Shown: piece after piece, positions 18,871 to 28,443 of the stretch
Position numbering within the stretch: the stretch's first letter is position 1
How the letters are laid out: each line of letters starts with the position of its first letter
Virus record (IMG/VR): IMGVR_UViG_3300044453_000128
Location: 1 to 46,457 of that record
Source of the DNA: a virus
Lineage: Duplodnaviria; Caudoviricetes
Strand: one strand, 5' to 3'
Length of the DNA: 46,457 nucleotides
The notes under the pieces: model-generated
Databases searched by the model: none
What the model was told of the DNA's origin: nothing
Seen by the model: the letters and a program-made list of their open reading frames with translations, nothing else
Position numbers and translations under genes: made by a program

Positions 18871-20213
18871 CAGACCTCCCCAATGAATGACAAAGCATCC
18901 AATCTCCAATCCGAACTAGCGTTTGGGTCGTGAATTGTCAAATCCCAACCGTAGGCGCGTCCAAAAACTCTCGATCGTGCCGGCTTGCCGGCCTCGGTGC
19001 CTAAAACGCGGTCATCCCGGTCAACGCCATCGCTGGCAATACCCAAGGTCAGGGCTTCGGTTGCCTGCGCGGAAACGTGCGTTGCTTTGATCAATTGCCC
19101 GGCTGGATGGCGCATGGTTTCTAATTGAATCGTGACAGGAATCGCGCCGCCGGCCTCGTCGGTTTCAGCCTCGTCATCCAAGCGGTAAATGTCGTCACCG
19201 CTACGGAAGTAGACTTGGCCACCGGCCTCGCACCACATGTCAACCGACACCGGCAATTCCCATGTGGTCCAGCCATTGCGGCCACCGATTTCTAACGACA
19301 AGCAATAAACCGTCGAACCGCGTGCACAATAAAACTGCTGACGCGCATCAGACCAATGCGCCGCAATACTTTCCGTTGCCAGGATATTCGCCACCAATGG
19401 ATCAATGGGGTCGCCAATGTTGCCAGCGTCGGTTTCACCATCGCGCAACGTGCCCGACAACAGGCGGAAACCACCACGGCCGTAATACATCACATCGCGC
19501 CGCATCGAAACGATGGACATGGGGTGATAGCAACCGGGCCCCTTAAGTGCTACCTCAAGGAAAATAGCGGCCGGGTCGGGGTGTGGTCGCCACACCTGAA
19601 TGGCATCATCGAAAAACAACGCCAACTTACCAGCCAGGTTGCCAAGCGCATTGAGGCGCGAGGACCCTTCAGCGTAGCGCGAAACATCGAGGCCATTGTC
19701 AACGTTGCTATTCGGCTCCTGCCAATTTACCCAATCTTCTAGGGCTGAATAGCGCAAGAGGCCTTGGCCAGGATCAACCGCCCATAACCGGCCTTCTGCT
19801 GAAAGAATGTCACCGCCTGGCGTAAATGGCGACGGGGCTTGCGCGCCATCATAATAAAAAGCCGGGCTGCCGTTTGAGGTGGCCAGGATAAATAATTTTC
19901 CTTCGCCATCAATTTGCACCGATTCAACGGAATCTAAAACAGCGGTATCAACGCTGGCGTATTCCGTCAGCGCAGGGGCAGGGTCAGTGACCGTATTCGG
20001 TACGATGGCCGTCACGGCGCCGCGATGGTCAAAGATGCCGCGTGAATCGGCATGCACCGTAGCGATCTTCTGCACTGCCGGCCGGCGCGACAATGATCCG
20101 GTGCCGTCCAAGACAACGTTTTCGGCAACAGCGCACACACCTGGGCGCCAGGTGCCATGCGGCTGCAAGTTAATGCCATGAAAAGGCTGCGAATTAAATT
20201 GAATCGACTGCAT
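18870..20213 (-). CDS. Tail nozzle / packaged-DNA stabilisation protein (P22 gp10 / T7 gp12-like)
   Basis: Beta-propeller-like pattern (ENVV..G.LSRRP, LRYSALED, GWTTW) and gene position. Confidence 0.65.
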   Translation of the reverse strand: MQSIQFNSQPFHGINLQPHGTWRPGVCAVAENVVLDGTGSLSRRPAVQKIATVHADSRGIFDHRGAVTAIVPNTVTDPAPALTEYASVDTAVLDSVESVQIDGEGKLFILATSNGSPAFYYDGAQAPSPFTPGGDILSAEGRLWAVDPGQGLLRYSALEDWVNWQEPNSNVDNGLDVSRYAEGSSRLNALGNLAGKLALFFDDAIQVWRPHPDPAAIFLEVALKGPGCYHPMSIVSMRRDVMYYGRGGFRLLSGTLRDGETDAGNIGDPIDPLVANILATESIAAHWSDARQQFYCARGSTVYCLSLEIGGRNGWTTWELPVSVDMWCEAGGQVYFRSGDDIYRLDDEAETDEAGGAIPVTIQLETMRHPAGQLIKATHVSAQATEALTLGIASDGVDRDDRVLGTEAGKPARSRVFGRAYGWDLTIHDPNASSDWRLDALSFIGEV

Positions 20214-20214
20214 C

Positions 20215-21303
20215 TTATGGCTGCTCCGGGGCTAGGTCACGAATAAAGTTTGCAAAGAGTGAAACCCACAACTCATTGAAAAATTGTTGCTCTACAATAT
20301 CTGCATCTGGTTCTTCACTTGCTAGCCAGGCCTTGAACTGGCTATATGTGGGTTCAATTGTCCCTGTTTCCATTGAACCCGAGTTATCTACGACCAGTAA
20401 TATTTTATTCGCCTGGAAGGTAGCGTCTTGTGCCAATGCATTGGCCTTCACGAGGTGGAAGTGATTTTGAAGGTCCGTAAGCGTTGGCGGGCGACCTACA
20501 TTGATTGCGGGGAATTCAGGCGGAGGCGATGAATAGGTAGACGGAATGCAAAACTCCCATCCGCGTACAACAATGTGACCCTTGGGAGAAATAAGACCGC
20601 TTGAAATGATGTTTCCGGCATTCTCAATAAGATTCCGATAATCAGCCAAGTCAGTCTCAAAATTAATTTGGGAATCATAATATCCCGGCTCAGACTCATC
20701 AATAAACGCAAAACAAAGCGAGTTTGGAATAAAGTACTCGATGGTACGAACATTCAGTGTTGCCCATGCTGAGACAGCGGTGTTGTGTGGTCCCGTTCCT
20801 ACCAACCGATACATGTTGCCGTCATCGGCTTCGGTTGCCGGTGGCGTAGTGTAACTTTCGGTGGTACTTCCAACCGGAACAACCGTAGTCCCGCCATTGG
20901 TCCTCATTTCCCACTGAAGCGTTATCGGTGGGTCTGGTTCAGGTGGTCGAACAATGAAAGACTGAAATGTTGCCGTATTTCCCTCAAGGACCGTTTGGTC
21001 CTCTGGGTTGGTAAGGCCAAGCGTGAAGACAGGTGGCAAAGGAAAGGATATATTGGGACCGGTTATAACTGGCGGTAATGGTGGTAATGGTGGTGGGGAG
21101 GTGCCGTTGCCGCCACCGGCGTCAGGCCATTCACTGTCGCCTCCTGATCCGCCAATGCCGGCAGATCCAGGCAAAACGGGTGGATTCTCCGGGCTTTTGA
21201 CCGTATCAGGTCCAAGCACGTCAGCGCCGCCACGCCTGGCCCGGATACGTTCACGCGCCAAGCGGTACCGGGCAAAAGGCAGGCGCCGCTCCCGCCCTGG
21301 CAT
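20215..21303 (-). CDS. Virion-associated protein: Pro-rich linker, Ig-like domain and vWA-like motif
   Basis: PEDQTVLEGNTATF...LQW...DDGNMYRL fits an I-set Ig pattern; ILLVVDNSGSM is a DxSxS motif. Confidence 0.6.
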   Translation of the reverse strand: MPGRERRLPFARYRLARERIRARRGGADVLGPDTVKSPENPPVLPGSAGIGGSGGDSEWPDAGGGNGTSPPPLPPLPPVITGPNISFPLPPVFTLGLTNPEDQTVLEGNTATFQSFIVRPPEPDPPITLQWEMRTNGGTTVVPVGSTTESYTTPPATEADDGNMYRLVGTGPHNTAVSAWATLNVRTIEYFIPNSLCFAFIDESEPGYYDSQINFETDLADYRNLIENAGNIISSGLISPKGHIVVRGWEFCIPSTYSSPPPEFPAINVGRPPTLTDLQNHFHLVKANALAQDATFQANKILLVVDNSGSMETGTIEPTYSQFKAWLASEEPDADIVEQQFFNELWVSLFANFIRDLAPEQP

Positions 21304-22166
21304 TAGTAGCGTTTCCTGCCAGGTAAATGAATGACGCGGGGGAATTGACCGTGACGGGTGCGCAGTTTACTCATGTATTTCGCTAGGCCGGCAGTTTCAG
21401 CCGGGAGGCGAGAAGGCGCTAGGATGGCAGCCAGGCGAATGCGCGCCGCCTTGACTGCCGCATAAAAATCAACGGGTATTTCATCGGTTTGCGTTGCCAA
21501 TTCAGGCAATTCAACTTGATAACGCACCGTCATGTAGCCGATTGAATCAGATAACGCACGTAGGAAGGCGACCAGAACCGGCTTGAGGGTGGTCGTTAAT
21601 GTTGCATCGGTTTGACCGTCAGTGTGCACCGTGACCGTTGGTGCCTCGACATACCCCCAGCCAGGATGCTGCACACTGCCACCGGTTACAACGCCGCCGA
21701 CAATGGAAATATCAACAATGCCGCCCATGCCAATATCAGGCGCCTCGGTCGTAATGGTTGCTAATTCCGTCTGGCCGGCACCGGGTTGATCAACCGTGAC
21801 TGTCGCAATTCCAAGCGAATTGGAAAAATAAAATTCTTCAGGAAAAGCCGACTCTCCCGCGTTGAGTGGGAAAGTCGGCTCTCGTCTGATAACAGGGTAT
21901 CTGCGGCCATCGCTATCGGTGAACACCATGCGAACGCTGTCAGGTACGACATTGGCCGGGAGGTTGATCCCTGTCTGACCAATTTCGACCGTTACGGCGC
22001 TGGTATATTCCTCAGCAAGCCAGCGTTCCTCCACCTCAAGTTCACGGATGGCCTCAACAGTTGCCTGCTCTGCCATCTGCAACACTTCAGGGTTGGTGCT
22101 GTTTTCTGCCCATTCGCCTAAACCAACGAGCGCGCTTTGCATGACGTCACCGACAGTTTTTGGCAT
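21303..22166 (-). CDS. Head-tail adaptor (tail tubular A-like) with inserted beta-rich domain
   Basis: Position between capsid and nozzle genes; helical termini typical of adaptors; internal PGWGYVEAPTVTV segment. Confidence 0.55.
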   Translation of the reverse strand: MPKTVGDVMQSALVGLGEWAENSTNPEVLQMAEQATVEAIRELEVEERWLAEEYTSAVTVEIGQTGINLPANVVPDSVRMVFTDSDGRRYPVIRREPTFPLNAGESAFPEEFYFSNSLGIATVTVDQPGAGQTELATITTEAPDIGMGGIVDISIVGGVVTGGSVQHPGWGYVEAPTVTVHTDGQTDATLTTTLKPVLVAFLRALSDSIGYMTVRYQVELPELATQTDEIPVDFYAAVKAARIRLAAILAPSRLPAETAGLAKYMSKLRTRHGQFPRVIHLPGRKRY

Positions 22167-22168
22167 AC

Positions 22169-22825
22169 TTATTCCCCGGCCTCAATCGCCGCTTGGCAGG
22201 CAGCAATGAGTTTTTTCGAACGCGCAGGACCAAGGCCCTTCGCATCAACCGCGTCCAGCTGCTCAACAGTCAAGCCGGCAACGATTTCCTTGGTGACATA
22301 CCCAGCCTGGCGGAAACCAAGGAACCAGTCTTCGTCAAGCAAATCGCCAAGGAATTCATCAAGCAACGGCAAGTCGTCCGTTGGTTGAAACTCATCAGTT
22401 TCAGCCGATTTCTGTTTTTCTTCCAGGCCGGCAGGGATAATGCGCAGAGACATTTTATTACCGCTGCCGCCTTCCATGACTTCATAACGCCGGCCGATTT
22501 CAGCCACTTCAGCAAACGCCTTCGCAAACGCTTCAATAGTCGGGTAAATCAGCTCGACAATCTGCGAATCATAGTTGACCATCAGGCGGTCATACTCTTC
22601 GGCCACTGTCACCTGCGCAGCGAAATAACGCGGCATATCAGGATTGTAATCAACAATCTTACGTCCCTGATAATCAAGACCCGTTTCGTTGCTGAAAGCG
22701 GTGCGAAGAATCGGCGCCACGTACTCAGGCTCGACGTAGTTTCGTGAGGTTGAACCCGGATCAGGTGGATTAATGCGTAATGCCACCTTCGGGATTAAAT
22801 AGGATTCTGCAAAATCAATGTCCAT
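22169..22825 (-). CDS. Hypothetical protein with C-terminal helix-hairpin-helix motif
   Basis: FRQAGYVTKEIVAGLTVEQLDAVDAKGLGPARSKKLI resembles HhH (Rad51-N / NusA-AR-like); AAGGAG RBS. Confidence 0.55.
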   Translation of the reverse strand: MDIDFAESYLIPKVALRINPPDPGSTSRNYVEPEYVAPILRTAFSNETGLDYQGRKIVDYNPDMPRYFAAQVTVAEEYDRLMVNYDSQIVELIYPTIEAFAKAFAEVAEIGRRYEVMEGGSGNKMSLRIIPAGLEEKQKSAETDEFQPTDDLPLLDEFLGDLLDEDWFLGFRQAGYVTKEIVAGLTVEQLDAVDAKGLGPARSKKLIAACQAAIEAGE

Positions 22826-22866
22826 GTGTGCTCCTTGTGCTCATGGGATAGGTGGGCTCTCCATTG

Positions 22867-22914
22867 AAAAAACCCGCGCCGCCAAGGAGAACCCGAATCG
22901 GGACGGCGCGGGTT
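22867..22914 (-). terminator. Intrinsic terminator after the major capsid gene
   Basis: AACCCGCGCCG / CGGCGCGGGTT stem followed by a T run on the minus strand; the large loop contains a second small hairpin. Confidence 0.75.
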
Positions 22915-22932
22915 AATCCGCACAAGCGGGGA

Positions 22933-24342
22933 CTAGGCCGCAGCTACAATGCCGTTGGCGCGGAGGCCGTCGTTGTAGATGCGATAGGTACCATCAATGT
23001 GGAATTGGCTGATACGCTGGTTGCTTGGATCGGCCGGCATGGTCGTGATCTCATCAAGGCCAGGCTGGCATTCGAAATGCCAGGTCTGTTCATTGAGGAG
23101 GTAGCAACGGTTGGTGAATGGCACCAAGTCAGGGACTGGATAACCAGAACCGGCATTGCTGACGGTGATTTCAGCAAGCTGACCAATGCGAACGTCGTCA
23201 CCTTCAACCTGGCTCAGGCCGCCACCGCTTGATGCGCTGTAGACCGTCGCGGATGCAACGGCACCGGAACCGCCACCAGAAGTGGCAAAGGTGATGGTTG
23301 GGGCGCTGGTGTAGCCTTCGCCACGATCAGTGATCGCGATGCCTGCTACGGTGCCATCAGAAGCGATGTAAACGACGCCCTTGGCTTGGCGCGTTGCGCT
23401 GCCGCCACTGAAAGTTGCCGTTACAACGGTTTGCCCAGGTAAGCCCTGCTCGGCCGAGAAGCGATCATCCATTTGATCAAGCGTTGGGTCATGAATTAAC
23501 TTCACGCCTTTGTACGAGTGACCAGTGAAGCCAACGTCAATCTTACCTGCTTTAGCAGCCTCAGTATTGAACGACAGGCCGTTGTTGACCAGCCAGGCCT
23601 CGTAACGCTCAATAAAGTACCAACCACACAGGCCAATGCTGGTCTTGCCTTTGATGCCGGTTTTGCCGGTATAAAGGGCAGTGTCCTTCATCACGCGCTG
23701 CATGCCTTGACGCAAGGTGCCGCCTGCGCCGCTGGTCAATCCAACCGCAACCGGGCTTTGCAAGATAACCTGCGAAGAACGATCGTGGCCAGCATAGTTG
23801 CCAGCAAACGGGTTGATTGGTAGAATGGCGTTCAAACCAACCGGCTCATTGTCGTTCGAGCCTTGACGGTGTAAAAGCGCGTCGTGGTCGTCACGCCAGG
23901 CCCATTGCGCGTCATCAAGATCTTCACGAACCTTGTGAATAAGACGCTTGGCATCGCCACGAGTCATTTCACTGAGGCGGCTCTGTGGGGTGCCTTGGCC
24001 GTTCGGGATGATGGTAAAGCCGTGCTGCTTGTACTCGTCATGCTCGATTTCGACGGCCATGACAAGGTTGTAGTAAGCGTGCTCGGTGTTGATGCCTGAA
24101 CGGTTTGGTGTGGCACTGAAAGTGTCTTTACCGCGCCATGCGGTCACTTTCAGATTGCTGCGGGTTTTGAGTTTCACCTCTTTTTTATCGCCAGTAAAGC
24201 CAACGGCTTTTTTACGGCGTTGCAGCATGTCATAGAACGGCTTGGAAGCGCGATCTTGTGGGGTGGGTTTCATGTTCGCTTGGGTGCGATGGGTGGAAAA
24301 AAGGATGTTGGAAATTTGATCCGTGCTGATGAGTATCGTCAT
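22933..24342 (-). CDS. Major capsid protein with inserted surface domain
   Basis: Follows the scaffold gene; GGAG RBS; terminator downstream; capsid-like motifs (PVGLNAI, LIHDPTLD...RCYLLN). Confidence 0.8.
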   Translation of the reverse strand: MTILISTDQISNILFSTHRTQANMKPTPQDRASKPFYDMLQRRKKAVGFTGDKKEVKLKTRSNLKVTAWRGKDTFSATPNRSGINTEHAYYNLVMAVEIEHDEYKQHGFTIIPNGQGTPQSRLSEMTRGDAKRLIHKVREDLDDAQWAWRDDHDALLHRQGSNDNEPVGLNAILPINPFAGNYAGHDRSSQVILQSPVAVGLTSGAGGTLRQGMQRVMKDTALYTGKTGIKGKTSIGLCGWYFIERYEAWLVNNGLSFNTEAAKAGKIDVGFTGHSYKGVKLIHDPTLDQMDDRFSAEQGLPGQTVVTATFSGGSATRQAKGVVYIASDGTVAGIAITDRGEGYTSAPTITFATSGGGSGAVASATVYSASSGGGLSQVEGDDVRIGQLAEITVSNAGSGYPVPDLVPFTNRCYLLNEQTWHFECQPGLDEITTMPADPSNQRISQFHIDGTYRIYNDGLRANGIVAAA

Positions 24343-24402
24343 GGTAGTCTCCGTTTCTGTGAGCGGTGAACGCCGTCCACAGAAACGGGACCGGCATTCG
24401 GG

Positions 24403-25545
24403 TTAGCGGCGGCCTCCCATAGACATGACTGAATTGATCAGCTTGTCTTCTTCGGAAACCGTGGTTTTCGTGGTTTTTGTGCGGTGCGGTTGCTGACCTC
24501 GCGGCCGTTGCTGACGTGACGGTTTCACAGCGTTCCAAGCGCGTTGTGCGGCGGCTGCCCGTTGGGCTGGCTCGATGTATCCACCGGCTAAAGCAACCAG
24601 TTGTGCCATCTCTTGTTGAAAACGCTCGGTGTAGACCTTTTGATCGGTCGCCGGCATGCGGTTCAACTCGTTCAACACGGGTGCAATTGCGGCCTGATGG
24701 CTTTGCTCATCAATGGCGTGCATTTGCTGTTGCTGCTCAGGCGTCATTTGCGGCTGTGCCGGTGGCATCTGCTGCGGTGGCGCCTGCGGTGCGGCTTGTT
24801 GCTGTCCCTGTCCAGGGGCTTGATTCACGTTTTGTGGACCCTGATTGCCGATAAGGGCGCGCAGGGCGTCAAAGTCAAAGTCTTCTTCGACTTTGTCGAT
24901 CGCTGCTCGCAAGACTTCGTGGTCAATCGCGTTTTGCGGCGCCGGGGCTTGGTAGCCACTTTGCTGCAAGATACCCGCCAGGGCTTCAATGCCTTGGGGG
25001 TCGCCATTGACCGCTTTGCCTAACATTTCAAAGGCATGGTCAGCAACTTCAGGATTGAGCCCGTACTTTGAGGCAACGGCCTTGGCCGTCGTGCCTTGCA
25101 AGGTTTCAATCTCTTTGCGCAACGTTTTATTGGTTTTTTCCAGTTTCCGGTTCAGCTTCCGGGCGGATGGATGCCAACGGCGTTTTTCCTCGTCTGATAC
25201 AGAAGATTCCTCTTCTCCATCATTTCCAGTTTCGTCGTTTGTGTCCTCGTCGCCTGGCGCTTCTTCGGCCTCTGGTTGGCCATCGTCCGATTCCTCGGCT
25301 TGCGCATCATCTTGGCTTGGTTCGCTCGTATCGTCGTTGTCAGCGGTGCCAGTGAGTTCATCAATAAGCGATTCGTCAGCTGCATCGGCATCAGCCGTTG
25401 CGTTGTCTGATTCGTGCTCTGCACCGTCGCCATCGGCCGCTGTATCGACCGGCTCATCTTGCAATGGCTCCTCTTGCTCTGGAAGCAAGTGGCCTTCATC
25501 GTCAAGCGTTGGGTTCTCCATAGTCATGGGTGAGTCCTTTGTCAA
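24403..25545 (-). CDS. Capsid scaffolding protein
   Basis: Very acidic disordered N-terminus plus coiled coil, between portal and capsid genes. Confidence 0.7.
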   Translation of the reverse strand: MTKDSPMTMENPTLDDEGHLLPEQEEPLQDEPVDTAADGDGAEHESDNATADADAADESLIDELTGTADNDDTSEPSQDDAQAEESDDGQPEAEEAPGDEDTNDETGNDGEEESSVSDEEKRRWHPSARKLNRKLEKTNKTLRKEIETLQGTTAKAVASKYGLNPEVADHAFEMLGKAVNGDPQGIEALAGILQQSGYQAPAPQNAIDHEVLRAAIDKVEEDFDFDALRALIGNQGPQNVNQAPGQGQQQAAPQAPPQQMPPAQPQMTPEQQQQMHAIDEQSHQAAIAPVLNELNRMPATDQKVYTERFQQEMAQLVALAGGYIEPAQRAAAAQRAWNAVKPSRQQRPRGQQPHRTKTTKTTVSEEDKLINSVMSMGGRR

Positions 25546-27650
25546 CCGCCAGGGTTCGGGTTCGTGGGTTCAGCCGCAGCAAGTGGCGGTTCACCCTGCT
25601 GAGACATGTCTTGATTTTGTGGACCGGCTGCACCTAAAGGTGGTGCGGATTGCATGCCGGGAGGCTGGTAAACGTTCATGGCGCCAGGTTGGCCTGGCAA
25701 CGTGCCGACTGGCAATTGCGCTGGCATGTGTTCGGCAGGATTCAGCGGCGTCACAACATCATCAGCCTTCCCAAGCCCGGCCTCGTCAAACATCCGTTCG
25801 GTTAGCTTCACAGCGTCGATCGCTACCGGGTTGTTCGACATCGAGTTCGCGGCCTGAATAAACTGCGGCAAGGCCTGGAAGGCAGCGATAACCTTTTGCA
25901 TGTCCGGTTTTTCACTGGCGCTAGCAGAAACATTGATCGACATGCCATAGACCAATTGTTGAATGCCAACCGTTGGCCAGATTGCACCGGGACCGGCAAT
26001 AATACGCGCATATTCCGGGTCAAACGCCTGCGAAGCGTAATGAATGATCATCGAAAAAATTGCTGTAATCGCCTTCTCGATGTTTTGCTCGGCCACGCCG
26101 GCTTGCTGTTCCATATTGGCACTGGCTTCTTTGACCTCGGCCGCGAATTCCGCGGCACCGGTTACGCCAGTTGCCTGCTGCGGGGCGCCAATAGCTGCCT
26201 GTAAATCACGGTGGGCCCGTGAATCATCATACAGCTGCTCGTTGATCTGCCCCATCGACATGGGGTAAATACCTTTTTTCAGGTCTTCCAGCGAATTAAC
26301 GACAATGGCTTGCAGGGGGCGTGAGTTTTCAAGAACCGTTGTGAATTCCTCTTCATCCTCGACCAATGACTTATCAATAAATACACGCGGCTGCGATTTG
26401 TTCACCGCATCACGGCGATCACTGCGCGTGCTGTTGATTTCTTCCTGCAATAGCTTGCCAAGCTGAACGGAAGACAGCGGGAATAACCGGCGCGAAACTG
26501 TGTTATGATAGACCGGAACCACGCTGAAAAACTTCGGCCAAGCCAATTCCATCACCTCATCAACCAGAAAACGATCAAGCCCGTCGCACCAGATATAACG
26601 GCGGTGGGTTGCCCGGTCCTCTCGCTCCCAGACCGCAATTAAGCCCGCTTTCTTGAAAGTTTGCGCATCGCTGGCGCCTTCCTCTTCCGGGTTGGTATCG
26701 CTTTGATCGCCTTCCTCCTTGTTGTTGTGCATTTCACGCAACGTCTTGGCCTCTTCGGCGGTCATCGCGTAACGGTCGGCAATCTCTTCAGGAGTGTACC
26801 AATAGCGATACGTGAATTGCCCGGACAGATAATACCGGCGAATATCGCGCACAGAATTCATATCAAAGAAAACGTCTTCAGGCCGCAACGTGTCGATCTG
26901 AACGCCGCGAAAGGTGGGCAATTCGGCTTGGCCACTGACAGCGGCCATCTTTGGATCGGCAGCTAACGCTTGCATAGCGCCATTGCGCGGGTCGCCTTCC
27001 ATGAGTCCCATCTGCATGAGCGCGGCTTGCTCGGCAACGTAATCAGCCACACGTACCAACTCGCCAAACTCTTCGCTCTCTTCATCGAAATGACCAGCGG
27101 CCAATTCCATTTCCAGGCGGCGCAGGCGATCAATGTTATCATTCAGACTGCCAACCGCAGGATGACCAAGGGGGTCACGCGACCGGTCTTCAATCCACGT
27201 ACAACGCACCCAAGAAATACCGCAAGTATCAGCATCCTGAACCGCTTCTTGAAAGGCCTCTTCACCATCGCCCAATTCAAAGAGACGCTGTGCAACGCAT
27301 TCCATTGTTTCCGCAAAAGTTGCGGCGGTTTGAATCATCAATGGATCAGCGCCGATCAACCGGCCTGGCTTAATGGCCAGTTGCGGCTGGCTGGGGTTGA
27401 TTTTCCCCAACTTGGCTTGCTGGTACCGATAGAGCCAGTTTGTCTCTACGATCGCATCAGGGTCCTCGCTGCCTTCGCCCGGCGTCTCTTTGTTCATGTA
27501 CCGTGCATCGGCACCAAACTGATCGTAAAACTTTTGCGCCCATCCCGGCACTCGCGTTTCCTGCCGAAACCGATTCAACAGCATTTGCTCTTCTGGGATT
27601 TCCTCAACGTCCTCGGTAAGAACTTCCGACATGCCTTCTGATGGTCCCAT
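25542..27650 (-). CDS. Portal protein (podovirus / P22-like)
   Basis: 702 aa upstream of the scaffold gene; LQEEINSTRS helix and P/Q-rich C-terminal tail typical of this portal class. Confidence 0.8.
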   Translation of the reverse strand: MGPSEGMSEVLTEDVEEIPEEQMLLNRFRQETRVPGWAQKFYDQFGADARYMNKETPGEGSEDPDAIVETNWLYRYQQAKLGKINPSQPQLAIKPGRLIGADPLMIQTAATFAETMECVAQRLFELGDGEEAFQEAVQDADTCGISWVRCTWIEDRSRDPLGHPAVGSLNDNIDRLRRLEMELAAGHFDEESEEFGELVRVADYVAEQAALMQMGLMEGDPRNGAMQALAADPKMAAVSGQAELPTFRGVQIDTLRPEDVFFDMNSVRDIRRYYLSGQFTYRYWYTPEEIADRYAMTAEEAKTLREMHNNKEEGDQSDTNPEEEGASDAQTFKKAGLIAVWEREDRATHRRYIWCDGLDRFLVDEVMELAWPKFFSVVPVYHNTVSRRLFPLSSVQLGKLLQEEINSTRSDRRDAVNKSQPRVFIDKSLVEDEEEFTTVLENSRPLQAIVVNSLEDLKKGIYPMSMGQINEQLYDDSRAHRDLQAAIGAPQQATGVTGAAEFAAEVKEASANMEQQAGVAEQNIEKAITAIFSMIIHYASQAFDPEYARIIAGPGAIWPTVGIQQLVYGMSINVSASASEKPDMQKVIAAFQALPQFIQAANSMSNNPVAIDAVKLTERMFDEAGLGKADDVVTPLNPAEHMPAQLPVGTLPGQPGAMNVYQPPGMQSAPPLGAAGPQNQDMSQQGEPPLAAAEPTNPNPGG

Positions 27651-27655
27651 AATAA

Positions 27656-28054
27656 TTACTCCTCGTCTTCTCGTCGTTTTCTTACTGGTTGTGATGGCGC
27701 AGGGTGGGCCGGCGTCGGTTGTGGCGGCTGCGCATGACGCGCCCGCTGGTAAAAATACGACATAGCCGCGCCGCCAACCAACGTCACCGCCTCAGTCAAT
27801 CCCGGCGGCAATCCACTGGATGCAGCAACCTGGCCAACCACACGCATGCCGTCCTGCGCCATTTGCACTTCTGTTTGTGATGAGGTCGTTTTACCCTCAA
27901 TCGTATGTCGCCGCGTCGTCAACTCGACAATGTTCCCATCTGGCGCTATTTCCTGCCGTGTTTCCACTTCAATGACTTCACGCTTTTCCTGCGACCGCGA
28001 ATTAACGCAGCCGGCAAGGAAAAAGGCGCAAATAATGAGGGGATAACGGTGCAT
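27656..28054 (-). CDS. Putative lipoprotein with a second hydrophobic segment (possible lysis/spanin role)
   Basis: Signal peptide with lipobox FLAG-C; hydrophobic stretch near the C-terminus; start coupled to the upstream stop. Confidence 0.5.
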   Translation of the reverse strand: MHRYPLIICAFFLAGCVNSRSQEKREVIEVETRQEIAPDGNIVELTTRRHTIEGKTTSSQTEVQMAQDGMRVVGQVAASSGLPPGLTEAVTLVGGAAMSYFYQRARHAQPPQPTPAHPAPSQPVRKRREDEE

Positions 28055-28443
28055 CAGTGCGTGTGCTCCGGGTTCCAATAGTCGTGATGATCCCAGCCGG
28101 TATCAAATCCCTCACCTTTGAGCTGACGTAGGGTCTCTCCAATCAGCCGGCCTAACTCAGGATCACCGCCCGCATTATAGTAGAGCAAGTACATTGCCTC
28201 GTGGATCGCTGTCGCTTTCATCTGTCGAGAGGTTTGCCCTATGGCCAGTTCAATACCTCGTTCTGAGCTGAAGAAACCGTAAACCTGCCTATGATTGTGG
28301 TGCTCACTGGTTTGATCCGTGAGCGCCGACATGCCACGCATGGTTACCGGAACTTCTGCGCCAGGATTGAGCTGCTTGCGGTAACCACCACAACCAACCG
28401 AGAACAAGCAGGCCAACAGGATCAGAAGCGCTTTCATGATCAT
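28054..28443 (-). CDS. Putative lipoprotein
   Basis: MKALLILLACLFSVG-C signal/lipobox; degenerate zincin-like HEAMY. Confidence 0.5.
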   Translation of the reverse strand: MIMKALLILLACLFSVGCGGYRKQLNPGAEVPVTMRGMSALTDQTSEHHNHRQVYGFFSSERGIELAIGQTSRQMKATAIHEAMYLLYYNAGGDPELGRLIGETLRQLKGEGFDTGWDHHDYWNPEHTH

